64,000 bases of DNA from positions 2,905,716 through 2,969,715 of the forward strand of contig NZ_AP026867.1 of assembly GCF_026000115.1 (NCBI RefSeq), read 5' to 3'. The notes under the pieces are model-generated. The model was not told where the DNA came from. It saw nothing but the letters and a program-made list of their open reading frames with translations, and searched no databases. Positions 1-10,031 of this stretch are shown here, in pieces (the first letter of the stretch is position 1; each line of letters begins with the position of its first letter). Source of the stretch: Aureispira anguillae (lineage in GTDB: Bacteria; Bacteroidota; Bacteroidia; Chitinophagales; Saprospiraceae). The position numbers and the translations under genes were made by a program.

Positions 1-2
1 AT

Positions 3-3000
3 CCATGTAATGCTCCAACTTCATTTGACATAGATTGGATTGGATATGATAATGATGATCCAGGTTCTTATAGTACAGTATTAAATGAAGGAAACACAGG
101 TGTTCAGAATATGTCTTTAAGTCTACCTACCGTCGGAAATAGTAGCACTCAAGTTTATTCTGCAACAGGCAATAACAATTGTAATGCACCTCAGGAATAT
201 CGAATTACGCTTTTAATTGAGCATCTCCCACTGCCTGTAACTTATGTTGCTAACAATATCTGTAGTGCAATCCAAATTCCGGTCAACAATACGACTCAAC
301 AATTTGCTTGGTGCGGCAATCAATTACCTTTAGAGCCCAATGAACCAAGACTAGGAAACATCAATGCACATGGTTCTGCATGGTTTTATTTCACGGCTCC
401 TGCTAGTGGTCAAGTAGAAATTGAAACCAATTTAAATAGCACCGATTTTGGAACAGAAATGGTGATATATCATGCAGCCGATGGTGCGGGCTGCCTACAT
501 GGTACTAATAATTGGGTAGTTTATGCAGCTTCTCCTCCTATAAAATCAAAATTTGAATACCTTTCTTATCATGGTGATGCCAATGATAACTTCCCACTTA
601 CTGATGGGAAAGCAACAGGTTATTTTTGTGACATACTTAATGTCCCTGTTTCATTTCCTCCACAAGTTCGAGATGGCCATGCCCTAATTGCAGGAGAAAC
701 CTACTACATTCAATTAACAACCGACCAAAGCAATGAGAGAGGTTACGTTAGTCTTAAAATAGAAGATTTAGGAGGGACGCCTTTCCACAATCATGACATT
801 CCCTGTTTAGGAACAGATGTTTCTGCTGATGCTCAATCAACAACTGTTCGTACAGAAGCTGGAGGACAAGCTTTCTCAACTCAATTACAAAGAGGCACTT
901 TTTTGGGTGGTTCTGCTGTTAGTGACGAAGAAATTGGCGCTCCCTATACAGGAACAGATGCCACACAATTCCGTGCTTATGACTATACGCCAACCTTATC
1001 AAACGGTTTAGATGGTAGTATGTGGATTCAATTTACAGCTGCTAATAGTGGACGTATTTATTTTGAGGCTGATTTTGACAATGCACTTGTCAATGAAAAT
1101 GAAAACACAGCGCTCTATGCCCCAGATCCTCGCTTTGGTGCAGGTACTCCTGCTGATTTATTTTGTTCTAACATTACGCAAATAGCAGATGCAGAAGGTG
1201 GCATTGGTGGCATTTTAGGTGGTACTAAAACCGCCATCATTATGGAACAATGCCTTGAGCCAGGCTATACTTATTATGGTCTAGTAGATCCTCAAGGTGC
1301 AACAACAGCAGATGAAGCAGAAGTTTGGGTCTATGACCCTAGCGCCTCCGATCCTGCCAATAACCCTCCACCAAACGATATTTTATGTTTGAGTATGCTG
1401 GATACCATCTTTGAAATTCCAGTAAAACCAGCCAACCAAACCATTCCTTTTTCTGCGGTAGCGGGTGACAACACCAATGCTTGTATTGAAACGCTGGCAG
1501 GAGAACCATTCTCTCATCCCAATGCAGCCAATCGTGCCGATCAAACGGTTTGGCATTATTTCACAGTACCACCATCGGGGGTAGTTGAAATCAAATTGAG
1601 AGCTTATGTTGGTTTAGATAGCCTAAACTATGCGATTTATCCTTTACTTCAAGACAGTTTGTGTTATGGAGGTTTGCAACCTGCCACTTATACATTAGAT
1701 GGCACACAAGGAACGGCTCAAATTGCCGCAGAATTTAGCGGCACAACAGGTTTTAATGGTGATATTGTAGGACTTTGCTGTTTAACACCAGGTACGGTCT
1801 ATGCGATCCAATTGGATGGTAGTCATCCTGGCGATGAGGGGCAATATATCATTGAGTACATCAATGAAATTGAAGTCTATGCTGGTGATGCTCAATATAC
1901 CGTGCTAGACGACACCTTTAACTATACGGCTGTTGATACAGGGTATATTTGTTTTGGGGACACCCTCTATCCTAGCGTTATGGTAGATGGCAATGGTGTT
2001 TCTACTACTCGTATTGCGAATTGCTTGGACATTGGTTTTGTCATCCAAGATAGTGTGAACATTCCTGATTCTATTATCAATGGTAACTTCACCTTTATCG
2101 ATTCTGTTTATGCTCGTCCACAATATTGGGTCAACGACGGAGCAAATCCTGTCTCTCTAAATGCAGTGCATTACGTCAGTCCTATGGCAGATGAAATCAA
2201 TACTTGGGGAGCACTAACTTGTCCGAGTGCAAGTGCTGAAAATGGAGCACCATTTGTATTTTTAGCGCCCATTAACATCGCTACGACCTACAATTCAACC
2301 AACTGTATAATTGACTTTACCATTACAGGAGGGTTTCCTGCTTACAATGGAACCTTATTTGATTATTTAATTACCAATGCAGCAGGTGATACGGTTCTAA
2401 TGGGGCAATCTGCTAACGGTGCAACCGTTCAGTATGCCATCCCTACAGCAGATATTTACACCATAACCGTAACAGACAACAACGACTGTAACCAAACGGA
2501 AATTGTAAATGCAACGCCTTGTCAAGATCCATGTGTTAATAATCCAGTTATTATTACACCTGATCCGATTGACAGTTCTATTTATACTTGTTACCCAGGA
2601 GGTGATTCTGCCTTAGTGACCATTTTCCTTAATGGTGGACAACCTACGATTACTGCGGGACAAAATTACACTTCTACCGTAAGTGGCTCTACAACTCCTA
2701 ATGGTAATGGTACCTACACTACTCCTGGAACAGGCGCTCCTGCTGCCACTCCTTTCTCTTTTAGTGTGATGGATGGCGATGCTTGGATGGTAATTGTTTT
2801 AGACAACAATGGCTGTCCTGATACGGTTTCAGGCACCTTTGATTATAACTTGATCAATTGCCCTGATTATTGTCTATTAAACCCGATTAACAGTACATTT
2901 AGCTACAACTGTAATATGGATGGAACTGCTTTAGTGCAAATTACCGTTAACGGTGGTCAACCTAGCATTGATGGTTCTAACTACAGCGTTAACATTGCTG

Positions 3001-4616
3001 GTTCTACTGTATTTGGTCAAAACTACCAAAATGCACAATTAGCAGGGGTAATTGGTGGTGCTGCGAATTTCTCTTTTGTCGTTAACGATGGGGATAGCTG
3101 GACCTTTGATGTATTCGACATTAATATGTGTACAGATACCTTGATGGATAACTATACTTTTGATACGGCACACTGTCCAATTTGTAACATGATGCCTGTT
3201 CAAATACTACCCGACCCTGTTGACAGTACGGTTTATACTTGTAACTCTAATGGAGATGCTGTTGTAACACTCTTTATGACAGGAGGTGCGCCATCTTTTG
3301 ATGGCAGTCAATATACCATTACAACTTCTGGATCTAGTATTGCAGGGCAAAACGGTTCTACACAAGAAAATGTAGGCATCTATAACTTTAGCGTAGCGGA
3401 TGGCGATGCTTGGATGGTCATAGCAGTAGATAGCAATGGCTGTGCAGATACCGCAGCGGGCACCTTTAATTATAACCCATTGGCACTAGCAGTACAAGTA
3501 GAACCTTATGTTTGTTTGACAGACAAATCTGCTGATGTTACCATTCGTTTGAGTGGCGGTTTACCTGCGACAGATGGTTCTAATTATTTAGTAACCATCA
3601 TTGGAGCAACAACAACAGGAGCATCTGGTTATCAAATTCCTGTTTTAGGAACCATTGGCGATACCACAGATTATACCTTTAATGTTCAAGATGGAGACAA
3701 TTGGTTGGTTGTTGTAACTGATAACAGTCAATGTGGTGTTGATAGCATTGGTGGAACCTTCCTTTGGAATGCAAGTAATTGTGGCAATATCTGTAGCGAT
3801 CCCACCTATGTTGGCGTAGCTATTAATGGTGGTTCTGGTACTTATAATTACAGCTGTGATTCCGTAGGCAATGGTTTGTTGAGTCTACAAATTACAGGAG
3901 GGTTGCCTGCCCTTACCAATGGCAATGATGATTATATTGCCAATGTAACGATTAATGGTACAATGACTGCTTACTTAGTGAATTCTAATGGCACTTCAGG
4001 CACGCTTAATGTCAACTTAAGTAATGGTGACAACTGGTCTATTGTAGTATTTGATGCTTTGCAATGCGATACACCTTCTTTGGCTGCGACCTTTACTTCT
4101 ATTCAAGCCGTTGCCAATGCTTCTACGCCTCCTAATATGTTAGTGGGGCAAATAGCAACCTTAGATGGTAGTGCTAGTACGGGCAATATCAACAATTATA
4201 GTTGGACACCAACCAATAATGTTAGCAATCCATTGTCTGCCACAACGAGCACACAACCACTTAGCACGACTACCTATGTATTATCTGTTTCTGACACATT
4301 GGGTTGTGTAGATTCTGATTCTGTTTTGGTAGAAGTTGGGCGTTGTATTCCTCACCATGCAGGCTTTACGCCGAATAATGATGGGGTCAATGACTTGTGG
4401 GAAATTCCTTGTTTAAATTTATATACCAATAGAGTACAGGTATTCAACAGATGGGGACAACTGGTTTTTGAAGCGGAAAATTATGACGGTACTTGGGATG
4501 GCACCAACCTAGGACAGCACGTTCCTGATGCCACCTACTATTATGTTATTTCTGTAGACGATCCACAATTTAATAATCCTACTATTTACAAAGGAACAGT
4601 TACTATTATTCGATGA
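3..4616 (+). CDS. SprB-like repeat adhesin with T9SS type B (CHU_C / gliding-motility) C-terminal domain. The 5' end is truncated by the window edge, because the frame is open from base 3.
   Basis: The frame is open from position 3 with no upstream stop. About 100-aa repeats with the pattern C..GG.....V..GG.P...G..Y...V.G recur six or more times (SprB-repeat-like). A PKD/Ig-like segment precedes the terminal motif GFTPNNDGVNDLWEIP...YVISVDD, which is typical of the CHU_C type B sorting domain. Confidence 0.75.
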   Translation, partial: PCNAPTSFDIDWIGYDNDDPGSYSTVLNEGNTGVQNMSLSLPTVGNSSTQVYSATGNNNCNAPQEYRITLLIEHLPLPVTYVANNICSAIQIPVNNTTQQFAWCGNQLPLEPNEPRLGNINAHGSAWFYFTAPASGQVEIETNLNSTDFGTEMVIYHAADGAGCLHGTNNWVVYAASPPIKSKFEYLSYHGDANDNFPLTDGKATGYFCDILNVPVSFPPQVRDGHALIAGETYYIQLTTDQSNERGYVSLKIEDLGGTPFHNHDIPCLGTDVSADAQSTTVRTEAGGQAFSTQLQRGTFLGGSAVSDEEIGAPYTGTDATQFRAYDYTPTLSNGLDGSMWIQFTAANSGRIYFEADFDNALVNENENTALYAPDPRFGAGTPADLFCSNITQIADAEGGIGGILGGTKTAIIMEQCLEPGYTYYGLVDPQGATTADEAEVWVYDPSASDPANNPPPNDILCLSMLDTIFEIPVKPANQTIPFSAVAGDNTNACIETLAGEPFSHPNAANRADQTVWHYFTVPPSGVVEIKLRAYVGLDSLNYAIYPLLQDSLCYGGLQPATYTLDGTQGTAQIAAEFSGTTGFNGDIVGLCCLTPGTVYAIQLDGSHPGDEGQYIIEYINEIEVYAGDAQYTVLDDTFNYTAVDTGYICFGDTLYPSVMVDGNGVSTTRIANCLDIGFVIQDSVNIPDSIINGNFTFIDSVYARPQYWVNDGANPVSLNAVHYVSPMADEINTWGALTCPSASAENGAPFVFLAPINIATTYNSTNCIIDFTITGGFPAYNGTLFDYLITNAAGDTVLMGQSANGATVQYAIPTADIYTITVTDNNDCNQTEIVNATPCQDPCVNNPVIITPDPIDSSIYTCYPGGDSALVTIFLNGGQPTITAGQNYTSTVSGSTTPNGNGTYTTPGTGAPAATPFSFSVMDGDAWMVIVLDNNGCPDTVSGTFDYNLINCPDYCLLNPINSTFSYNCNMDGTALVQITVNGGQPSIDGSNYSVNIAGSTVFGQNYQNAQLAGVIGGAANFSFVVNDGDSWTFDVFDINMCTDTLMDNYTFDTAHCPICNMMPVQILPDPVDSTVYTCNSNGDAVVTLFMTGGAPSFDGSQYTITTSGSSIAGQNGSTQENVGIYNFSVADGDAWMVIAVDSNGCADTAAGTFNYNPLALAVQVEPYVCLTDKSADVTIRLSGGLPATDGSNYLVTIIGATTTGASGYQIPVLGTIGDTTDYTFNVQDGDNWLVVVTDNSQCGVDSIGGTFLWNASNCGNICSDPTYVGVAINGGSGTYNYSCDSVGNGLLSLQITGGLPALTNGNDDYIANVTINGTMTAYLVNSNGTSGTLNVNLSNGDNWSIVVFDALQCDTPSLAATFTSIQAVANASTPPNMLVGQIATLDGSASTGNINNYSWTPTNNVSNPLSATTSTQPLSTTTYVLSVSDTLGCVDSDSVLVEVGRCIPHHAGFTPNNDGVNDLWEIPCLNLYTNRVQVFNRWGQLVFEAENYDGTWDGTNLGQHVPDATYYYVISVDDPQFNNPTIYKGTVTIIR

Positions 4617-4730
4617 TTTTGAGTAGTCAATGCTCTAGTTATGGAGCATTGGCTACTTATTTAAATAACAAATGCTTTTCAGTGCTTTTTCGAAGTGCTA
4701 TAATGCAAAGCATAGAATATTATAAAGAAT

Positions 4731-5705
4731 ATGATTATGAAAAATTTCATTATAATATGTATTGGCTTCCTATTTCTTTGTCATGAAGCAAATGCACAAC
4801 AAGACCCATTGTTTGCCCAATACAATAGCAATGCGTTCTTAATAAATCCTGCCGTTGCGGGCTCAAAAGGCAATCATTCTTTCAGTCTGTTCCATCGTTG
4901 GCAATGGGTTCGTTTTCCTGGTGCCCCACAAACCTTTGGTTTGACTTACCAAGGAATTTTGACTAAAAAAAGCGTTGACAAAACATTTTTAGCATTAGGT
5001 GCTTTGGTATTTGGAGATGTTACAGGGCCTAGCTCCCGTTGGGGTGGAAAAGTATCTTTAGCGTCTCACATTCGTTTGGCGGAGAAAGTGCGTTTATCGG
5101 TTGGTCTTTCAGGACGTTTAGCGCACAACATTATCCGTACAGATATGATCCATTTAATTGATCCCAACGACCAAGCTGTCACCAATGGCGATCGAGGCGT
5201 TACTAGTGCCGATATGGAACTTGGTATATTTCTTTATACCAAAAACTTATCCATTGGTTTTGCTGCTCCTAACTTAATTCAAACAAAAATTGATTATGGA
5301 AATAGTGCCAATGGTAGAGATCCTATTGGGCATGGCTATCGTCATTATTTCTTGACTGCGGCGTACAAGTTTAGATTACCAGAAAAGAAAATGATTATTG
5401 AACCTTCTCTGATGGTAAAATACGTTCAAGGTTCTCTGCCTCAATTTGATGGTGGTATAATGGTGCATGTATTAGACGAACAAATGGCGTTTGGCTTGTT
5501 TTACCGCTCGCCAGCTTTCCTTTCTTTTCAATGCAAATTCTTATTTGACAAAAAAGTTCCTGTATTGCTAGGTTTTGATATTGCATTAAATACCTTTCAA
5601 CAACATAGCCTAGGCTCTACAGAGTTGATGATTGGTTATGAATTTCCTAGTAGCGACTTATTTGCTCCTAAACAAGCCTCTGATGAACCAGATGGAACCT
5701 TGTAA
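4731..5705 (+). CDS. PorP/SprF family T9SS outer-membrane protein
   Basis: A signal peptide is followed by the N-terminal QQDPLFAQYNSNAFLINPAVAG motif characteristic of PorP/SprF (TIGR03519). The gene lies 114 bp downstream of the type B CTD adhesin gene, which is the canonical sprB-sprF arrangement. Confidence 0.8.
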   Translation: MIMKNFIIICIGFLFLCHEANAQQDPLFAQYNSNAFLINPAVAGSKGNHSFSLFHRWQWVRFPGAPQTFGLTYQGILTKKSVDKTFLALGALVFGDVTGPSSRWGGKVSLASHIRLAEKVRLSVGLSGRLAHNIIRTDMIHLIDPNDQAVTNGDRGVTSADMELGIFLYTKNLSIGFAAPNLIQTKIDYGNSANGRDPIGHGYRHYFLTAAYKFRLPEKKMIIEPSLMVKYVQGSLPQFDGGIMVHVLDEQMAFGLFYRSPAFLSFQCKFLFDKKVPVLLGFDIALNTFQQHSLGSTELMIGYEFPSSDLFAPKQASDEPDGTL

Positions 5706-6018
5706 ACAAAACAGTTTTTTCTAATAAAAAAGACAAGCTCAATACTTATTTGGTATTGGGCTTTTTTTAATGCATTAGAAATCATACATTATATAATAAA
5801 AAATATAATTTATGTGAATTAGGCTTCTTTTTACATTTAAAAATCCTTACATTTATGGCAATATGTGACATAAGAGCACGATAGAAATTATGTTTTATTG
5901 ATAATATGTATTTCCACTTACCTACTCATCATTTGTTGCCTAACAGCAATTAATAGGGATTTTTGTTGTTGAGCATTGGTGAACTGATTCTTATCAAAAA
6001 ACTAATTTTGCTTATTTA

Positions 6019-7566
6019 TTGGGGATAATAAAACAGCACATGAAGTATCTACTAGAAATTTCTAAAATTGTAACTAAAAAGAAGGTAAAAAAGATTGAAA
6101 TCTTCGATGATCACTCTTTGAAACAAAAAAATTCAAAATTCAATGATTTTTATGGTCTCTTGATGGATGGGGCGTTAAAGGATGATCAAGAAGCTGCTAC
6201 AAAGCTTTACAACAGCAACCCTACCGATGACAAATACCGTCAATTAAAATCTAGATTCAAAAAGCGATTACTCAATACTTTATTCTTTTTAGATGTCAAT
6301 CAATCAGCAACTTCTAATTACAACCGTGCCTATTATTGCTGTCACAAAGATTGGACTTTGGTAAAAATATTGCTCTCTAACAATGCACAACAAACAGGTG
6401 CACAGCTAGCTCGAAGTATTATATCTATTGCGCTAAAATTTGACTTTGCTGATATTGTGGTTAACGCAGCTAGAATACTGAGAGAGCATGCCATGTTGGA
6501 AAAGAATGAAAAATTATATGAGGAATACAATAACCTTTGCCAGCAATATCAAATAATTCTGACAGCAGAAATCGAGTCGGAAGAGTATTACCAGCGCATC
6601 GTTATGAACAGCCTCAAATCAGCTTCTAAGCTACAACCATTCATTCCTCAATTTGAAAAATACTGTGCGAGGTTGCTAGAATTATCTCAGCTACATAGTT
6701 CTCCAGTTATTGTATACAATTATTATATTGTCTCTGCTCATTATTATGAGATGCAAAATGACTATCAAAACTTATATAAAATTTGTCAACAAGCAGAGCA
6801 ATACATTGAAGAAAATCCTCGATTTTATAGAGAAGATAAGTTGGCAGAAATTGCCTCCAAAAAGATGCTTGCCCTCTTGCATCTGCAAGATTTTGCACAG
6901 GGAGAAATTGAAGCAGAAAAATACCTAACTATTTTTGAGCGAAATGATGTCTGCATGAAATTGATGGAATATTATTTACTATTAGCGCTGCATACTCAAA
7001 ATTACTCCAAAGCTCACCGCATATTTGGACGAGCCTACGAAGATAAACGCTTCAAGAAATTAACGAGCGACGAGAAAGAAAAATGGAATGCTTTTGAAGT
7101 TTATCTTTGTTTTTTGCTTTGGAATAATCCTGAACAAAGCTTTGAAAGACCTAAACGCTACAAGCAGTTCAGGGTAAAACGTTTTTTGGAGGAGCCTGTT
7201 ATCTTTCCTAAAAACCAACGAATTTTTACCGTTCTATTGGTCATTGGGCAAGTACTGTTTTTATTAAAAGAAGAACGACTGGGGGAAGCATTTGAACGGA
7301 TTGAACGCCTAAAAGGCTACTCTAACCGATTATTAAAACAAGAAGAACACTATAGAGTGACTCAGTTTGTTCGTTTGCTGCAACAATTAGCGAAGGCGCA
7401 TTTTGATTACAAAAATATTGGAGTGCATCAAAAATACCTTGATCGTCTAGAAAATAAATCATTAAAATACAGAGGCTTGATTCATGAATTAGAGATCATC
7501 CCTTATCAAAACCTTTGGGCAATCATATTAAAAACAATTAACTCCAAGACAATGTTCAGATCATAA
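6019..7566 (+). CDS. hypothetical all-alpha (TPR-like) cytoplasmic protein
   Basis: A long ORF of 515 aa with no signal peptide. It is helix-rich and reads like a TPR-like protein, and I recognise no catalytic motif. Confidence 0.5.
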   Translation: MGIIKQHMKYLLEISKIVTKKKVKKIEIFDDHSLKQKNSKFNDFYGLLMDGALKDDQEAATKLYNSNPTDDKYRQLKSRFKKRLLNTLFFLDVNQSATSNYNRAYYCCHKDWTLVKILLSNNAQQTGAQLARSIISIALKFDFADIVVNAARILREHAMLEKNEKLYEEYNNLCQQYQIILTAEIESEEYYQRIVMNSLKSASKLQPFIPQFEKYCARLLELSQLHSSPVIVYNYYIVSAHYYEMQNDYQNLYKICQQAEQYIEENPRFYREDKLAEIASKKMLALLHLQDFAQGEIEAEKYLTIFERNDVCMKLMEYYLLLALHTQNYSKAHRIFGRAYEDKRFKKLTSDEKEKWNAFEVYLCFLLWNNPEQSFERPKRYKQFRVKRFLEEPVIFPKNQRIFTVLLVIGQVLFLLKEERLGEAFERIERLKGYSNRLLKQEEHYRVTQFVRLLQQLAKAHFDYKNIGVHQKYLDRLENKSLKYRGLIHELEIIPYQNLWAIILKTINSKTMFRS

Positions 7567-7637
7567 ATATGGTATGTAAATAATTGACCCCATAAAAGTA
7601 TACACCATTCTTACAATTTACTTAGTCAACCCTTTAA

Positions 7638-8648
7638 ATGATGACATTGCCCCTGATTAGCATCCTTATGCCCGTTAAAAACACGGCTCCGTTCTTAGTT
7701 GAATGCCTAGATTCTATTCTTGCGCAAACCTATTCCAATTGGGAATTAATTGCTGTTAACGATCATTCTACTGATGCTAGCTTAGCTATACTACAACAAT
7801 ATGCCAAAGATTATCCACAGATTGTTGTCCTTAATAATCAAGAACGAGGAATCATCCCTGCGCTCCGTTTGGCTTATTCTCACTCCAAAGGACAATTGAT
7901 TACTCGAATGGACTCGGACGACATAATGCCTGTTTTTAAATTAGAGCGTCTAAGTACTTCCTTACTTAGTAGAGGAATGGGGCATTTAGCAACGGGTTTA
8001 GTAGAGTATTTTAGTGCCGAAACGCTTGGCAATGGCTATCAACGTTATGCGCAATGGCTGAATGGGCTCAGTAGTACAGGAGAAAATTTTAAAGAACTGT
8101 ATAAAGAATGTGTGATTCCCTCCCCTTGTTGGATGATTTATCGAACTGATTTAGAACGCTGCAATGCTTTTAATTTGGATCGTTATCCAGAGGATTATGA
8201 TTTGTGTTTTCGTTTTTATGAAGCGGGGTTAATTTGTATCCCAACAACTGAAGTTTTACATCACTGGAGAGATTCGCAAGGTAGAACTTCTAGGCATGAT
8301 CCCAATTATGCGGACAATAATTTTTTAGCAATCAAAATTCATTATTTTCTAAAATTAAGCAACAACAACAAGCGCCCTTTAGTGCTTTGGGGGGCAGGAA
8401 AAAAAGGAAAATGCATTGCCCAAATGCTTACCAATGCCAAGGTGCCTTTTACTTGGATTTGCAATAATAAAAACAAAATTGGCAAAGATATTTATCAACA
8501 ACGCCTCTATCCGACCTCCCATCTTTCAACCTTAATTCAGCCGCAAATTATTGTAGCGATAGCAGAACCTATTGCTCAAAAAACAATCAAAGAATCATTT
8601 AGCAAACAAGGCTTAACAAGCATGAAAGATTTTTTCTTTTTTTGCTAA
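7638..8648 (+). CDS. family 2 glycosyltransferase
   Basis: The N-terminus reads ILMPVKN...ELIAVNDHSTD...RMDSDDIM, which matches the GT2 Rossmann signature and DxD-type motifs. Confidence 0.8.
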   Translation: MMTLPLISILMPVKNTAPFLVECLDSILAQTYSNWELIAVNDHSTDASLAILQQYAKDYPQIVVLNNQERGIIPALRLAYSHSKGQLITRMDSDDIMPVFKLERLSTSLLSRGMGHLATGLVEYFSAETLGNGYQRYAQWLNGLSSTGENFKELYKECVIPSPCWMIYRTDLERCNAFNLDRYPEDYDLCFRFYEAGLICIPTTEVLHHWRDSQGRTSRHDPNYADNNFLAIKIHYFLKLSNNNKRPLVLWGAGKKGKCIAQMLTNAKVPFTWICNNKNKIGKDIYQQRLYPTSHLSTLIQPQIIVAIAEPIAQKTIKESFSKQGLTSMKDFFFFC

Positions 8649-8887
8649 AAAATTTATTTTTTTGGTTAACAACCTTCATTTTTCTTTCCAAAAGCATGTT
8701 TTATCCAAATCTATTACTAATTTTGTAGTCGATTACACTTAAAAACTCCCCGTTTACCAATAATGCTGTATTAAAACTGCTTAATACCCCAACAAACATT
8801 ATATTGTATGCTCATATAGTATAATAATGTCCCTTTTAAGTAGTTTTATTTTGTATAAAATATTCCTACCAATCAATACACAAAAAC

Positions 8888-9301
8888 ATGGAGTACCATA
8901 CAAAAGAGCTAACCATTACGGTCAGACCTGATGATATTATAGAAATAGCGACCAATAAAAATTTCAAAGGAGAATACTCAATAGAAGCCGTAGCAGAGAA
9001 TTTAGCAACCTTTGAAAAAGCAGTTGATGGAAAAGTAAGAGCTACACTGCTCCATTTTCCAGATCATTATGTCAAAAAGGAAGTAATGAAAGGTTATGCT
9101 AATTCTGAAATTAGTACCGCAGCTACTGCTTTATTTGCTAAGTCATTTGCTTCTAAACTAATTGGGAATCTTTTTTTATCCCTAAGAAAACGGCTTGTTC
9201 AGTCTAGAACAATCCCTCCTACCAAGGTTTTTACAGATAAAAAAAATGCCATAGAATGGTTGTTAAAACATATTGAAGCGCACAAACAGCAACAATCTTA
9301 A
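8888..9301 (+). CDS. small cytoplasmic protein, paralog 1 of a 3-member family (unassigned; possibly STAS-like)
   Basis: 137 aa. It shares M(E/Q)Y(H/K)TKE(L/M)T(I/V)T(V/L)RPD at the start, YVKKEV(M/I)K.Y in the middle, and SFASKLIGNLFL then K(V/I)F...A.EWL at the end with the ORFs at 9529 and 11626. Confidence 0.6.
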   Translation: MEYHTKELTITVRPDDIIEIATNKNFKGEYSIEAVAENLATFEKAVDGKVRATLLHFPDHYVKKEVMKGYANSEISTAATALFAKSFASKLIGNLFLSLRKRLVQSRTIPPTKVFTDKKNAIEWLLKHIEAHKQQQS

Positions 9302-9528
9302 ACGAATTTCACCATTAGAGCATTGAGCTTCAGAAGCTAAAATTTCTAGGCATACATTCATAGGTTTTTACGTTATAAATAGTTTTTTCATTTGCGCTAA
9401 AAAAGCAAAAAAAAATCCCTTTTTTTTGCCTAAAAAACCGAAAAATATTCTACATTTAGTGTACATGTTCTACTGTATTTCTAGTTCTCCTCATTCCCCA
9501 AATCATTTTTAAAATTTGTACCACAGGA

Positions 9529-9948
9529 ATGCAATACCACACCAAAGAAATGACGGTCACACTTAGACCAGATAACATTCTAGCTGTAAAAATCAACGAA
9601 GGATGCAATGAGTTAACCACAGAGGGAACCGAAGAATGTCTCCAAGCAATGACAAAAGCGTTAGCACTTAATGACCACCCCAAAGCCATGATCTTTTGGA
9701 TGGCTCCCTTTTATGTCAAAAAAGAAGTAATAAAAAGCTACAGTACCAGTGAGTTTGATGAAGTTGCAGTTGCACTAGTTTGTCATTCTTATATTTCTAA
9801 ATTTGTGGCTAGTGTTGCTCTAAAAATGAGAGAGCGTTTTACTAGTTCAGAACATACCAACCAAAATGCTCCTATCAAAGTCTTCTTAAAAGAAGAAGAA
9901 GCATTTGAATGGTTACAAGAATGCTTAGCCAAGCGTCAGGCTATCTAA
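9529..9948 (+). CDS. small cytoplasmic protein, paralog 2 of the family
   Basis: 139 aa and the most divergent copy. Its conserved 5' leader ends in aggaATGCAATAC, as does the leader of paralog 3. Confidence 0.6.
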   Translation: MQYHTKEMTVTLRPDNILAVKINEGCNELTTEGTEECLQAMTKALALNDHPKAMIFWMAPFYVKKEVIKSYSTSEFDEVAVALVCHSYISKFVASVALKMRERFTSSEHTNQNAPIKVFLKEEEAFEWLQECLAKRQAI

Positions 9949-10031
9949 TTTTAATGACTTCATTAAACCTTTCATAAGTCTAAGAGTCTCAATAACAAAA
10001 AGTTAAGATTCTTCACCCAATAGACTTTATT

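Noticed and set aside
817-2123. Small internal ORFs in alternate frames of the large adhesin and other big genes (for example 817-1011 and 1905-2123 minus strand)
   Set aside because: They lie entirely inside long, well-supported coding frames and show no conserved motifs. They are statistical by-products of long genes.
9456-9689. 77-aa minus-strand ORF overlapping the 5' end of paralog 2, with an analogous 89-aa ORF at 11496-11765 over paralog 3
   Set aside because: Their apparent similarity to each other comes from being antisense to the conserved N-terminal coding block and leader of the paralogs. They have no independent start context and are read-through shadows.
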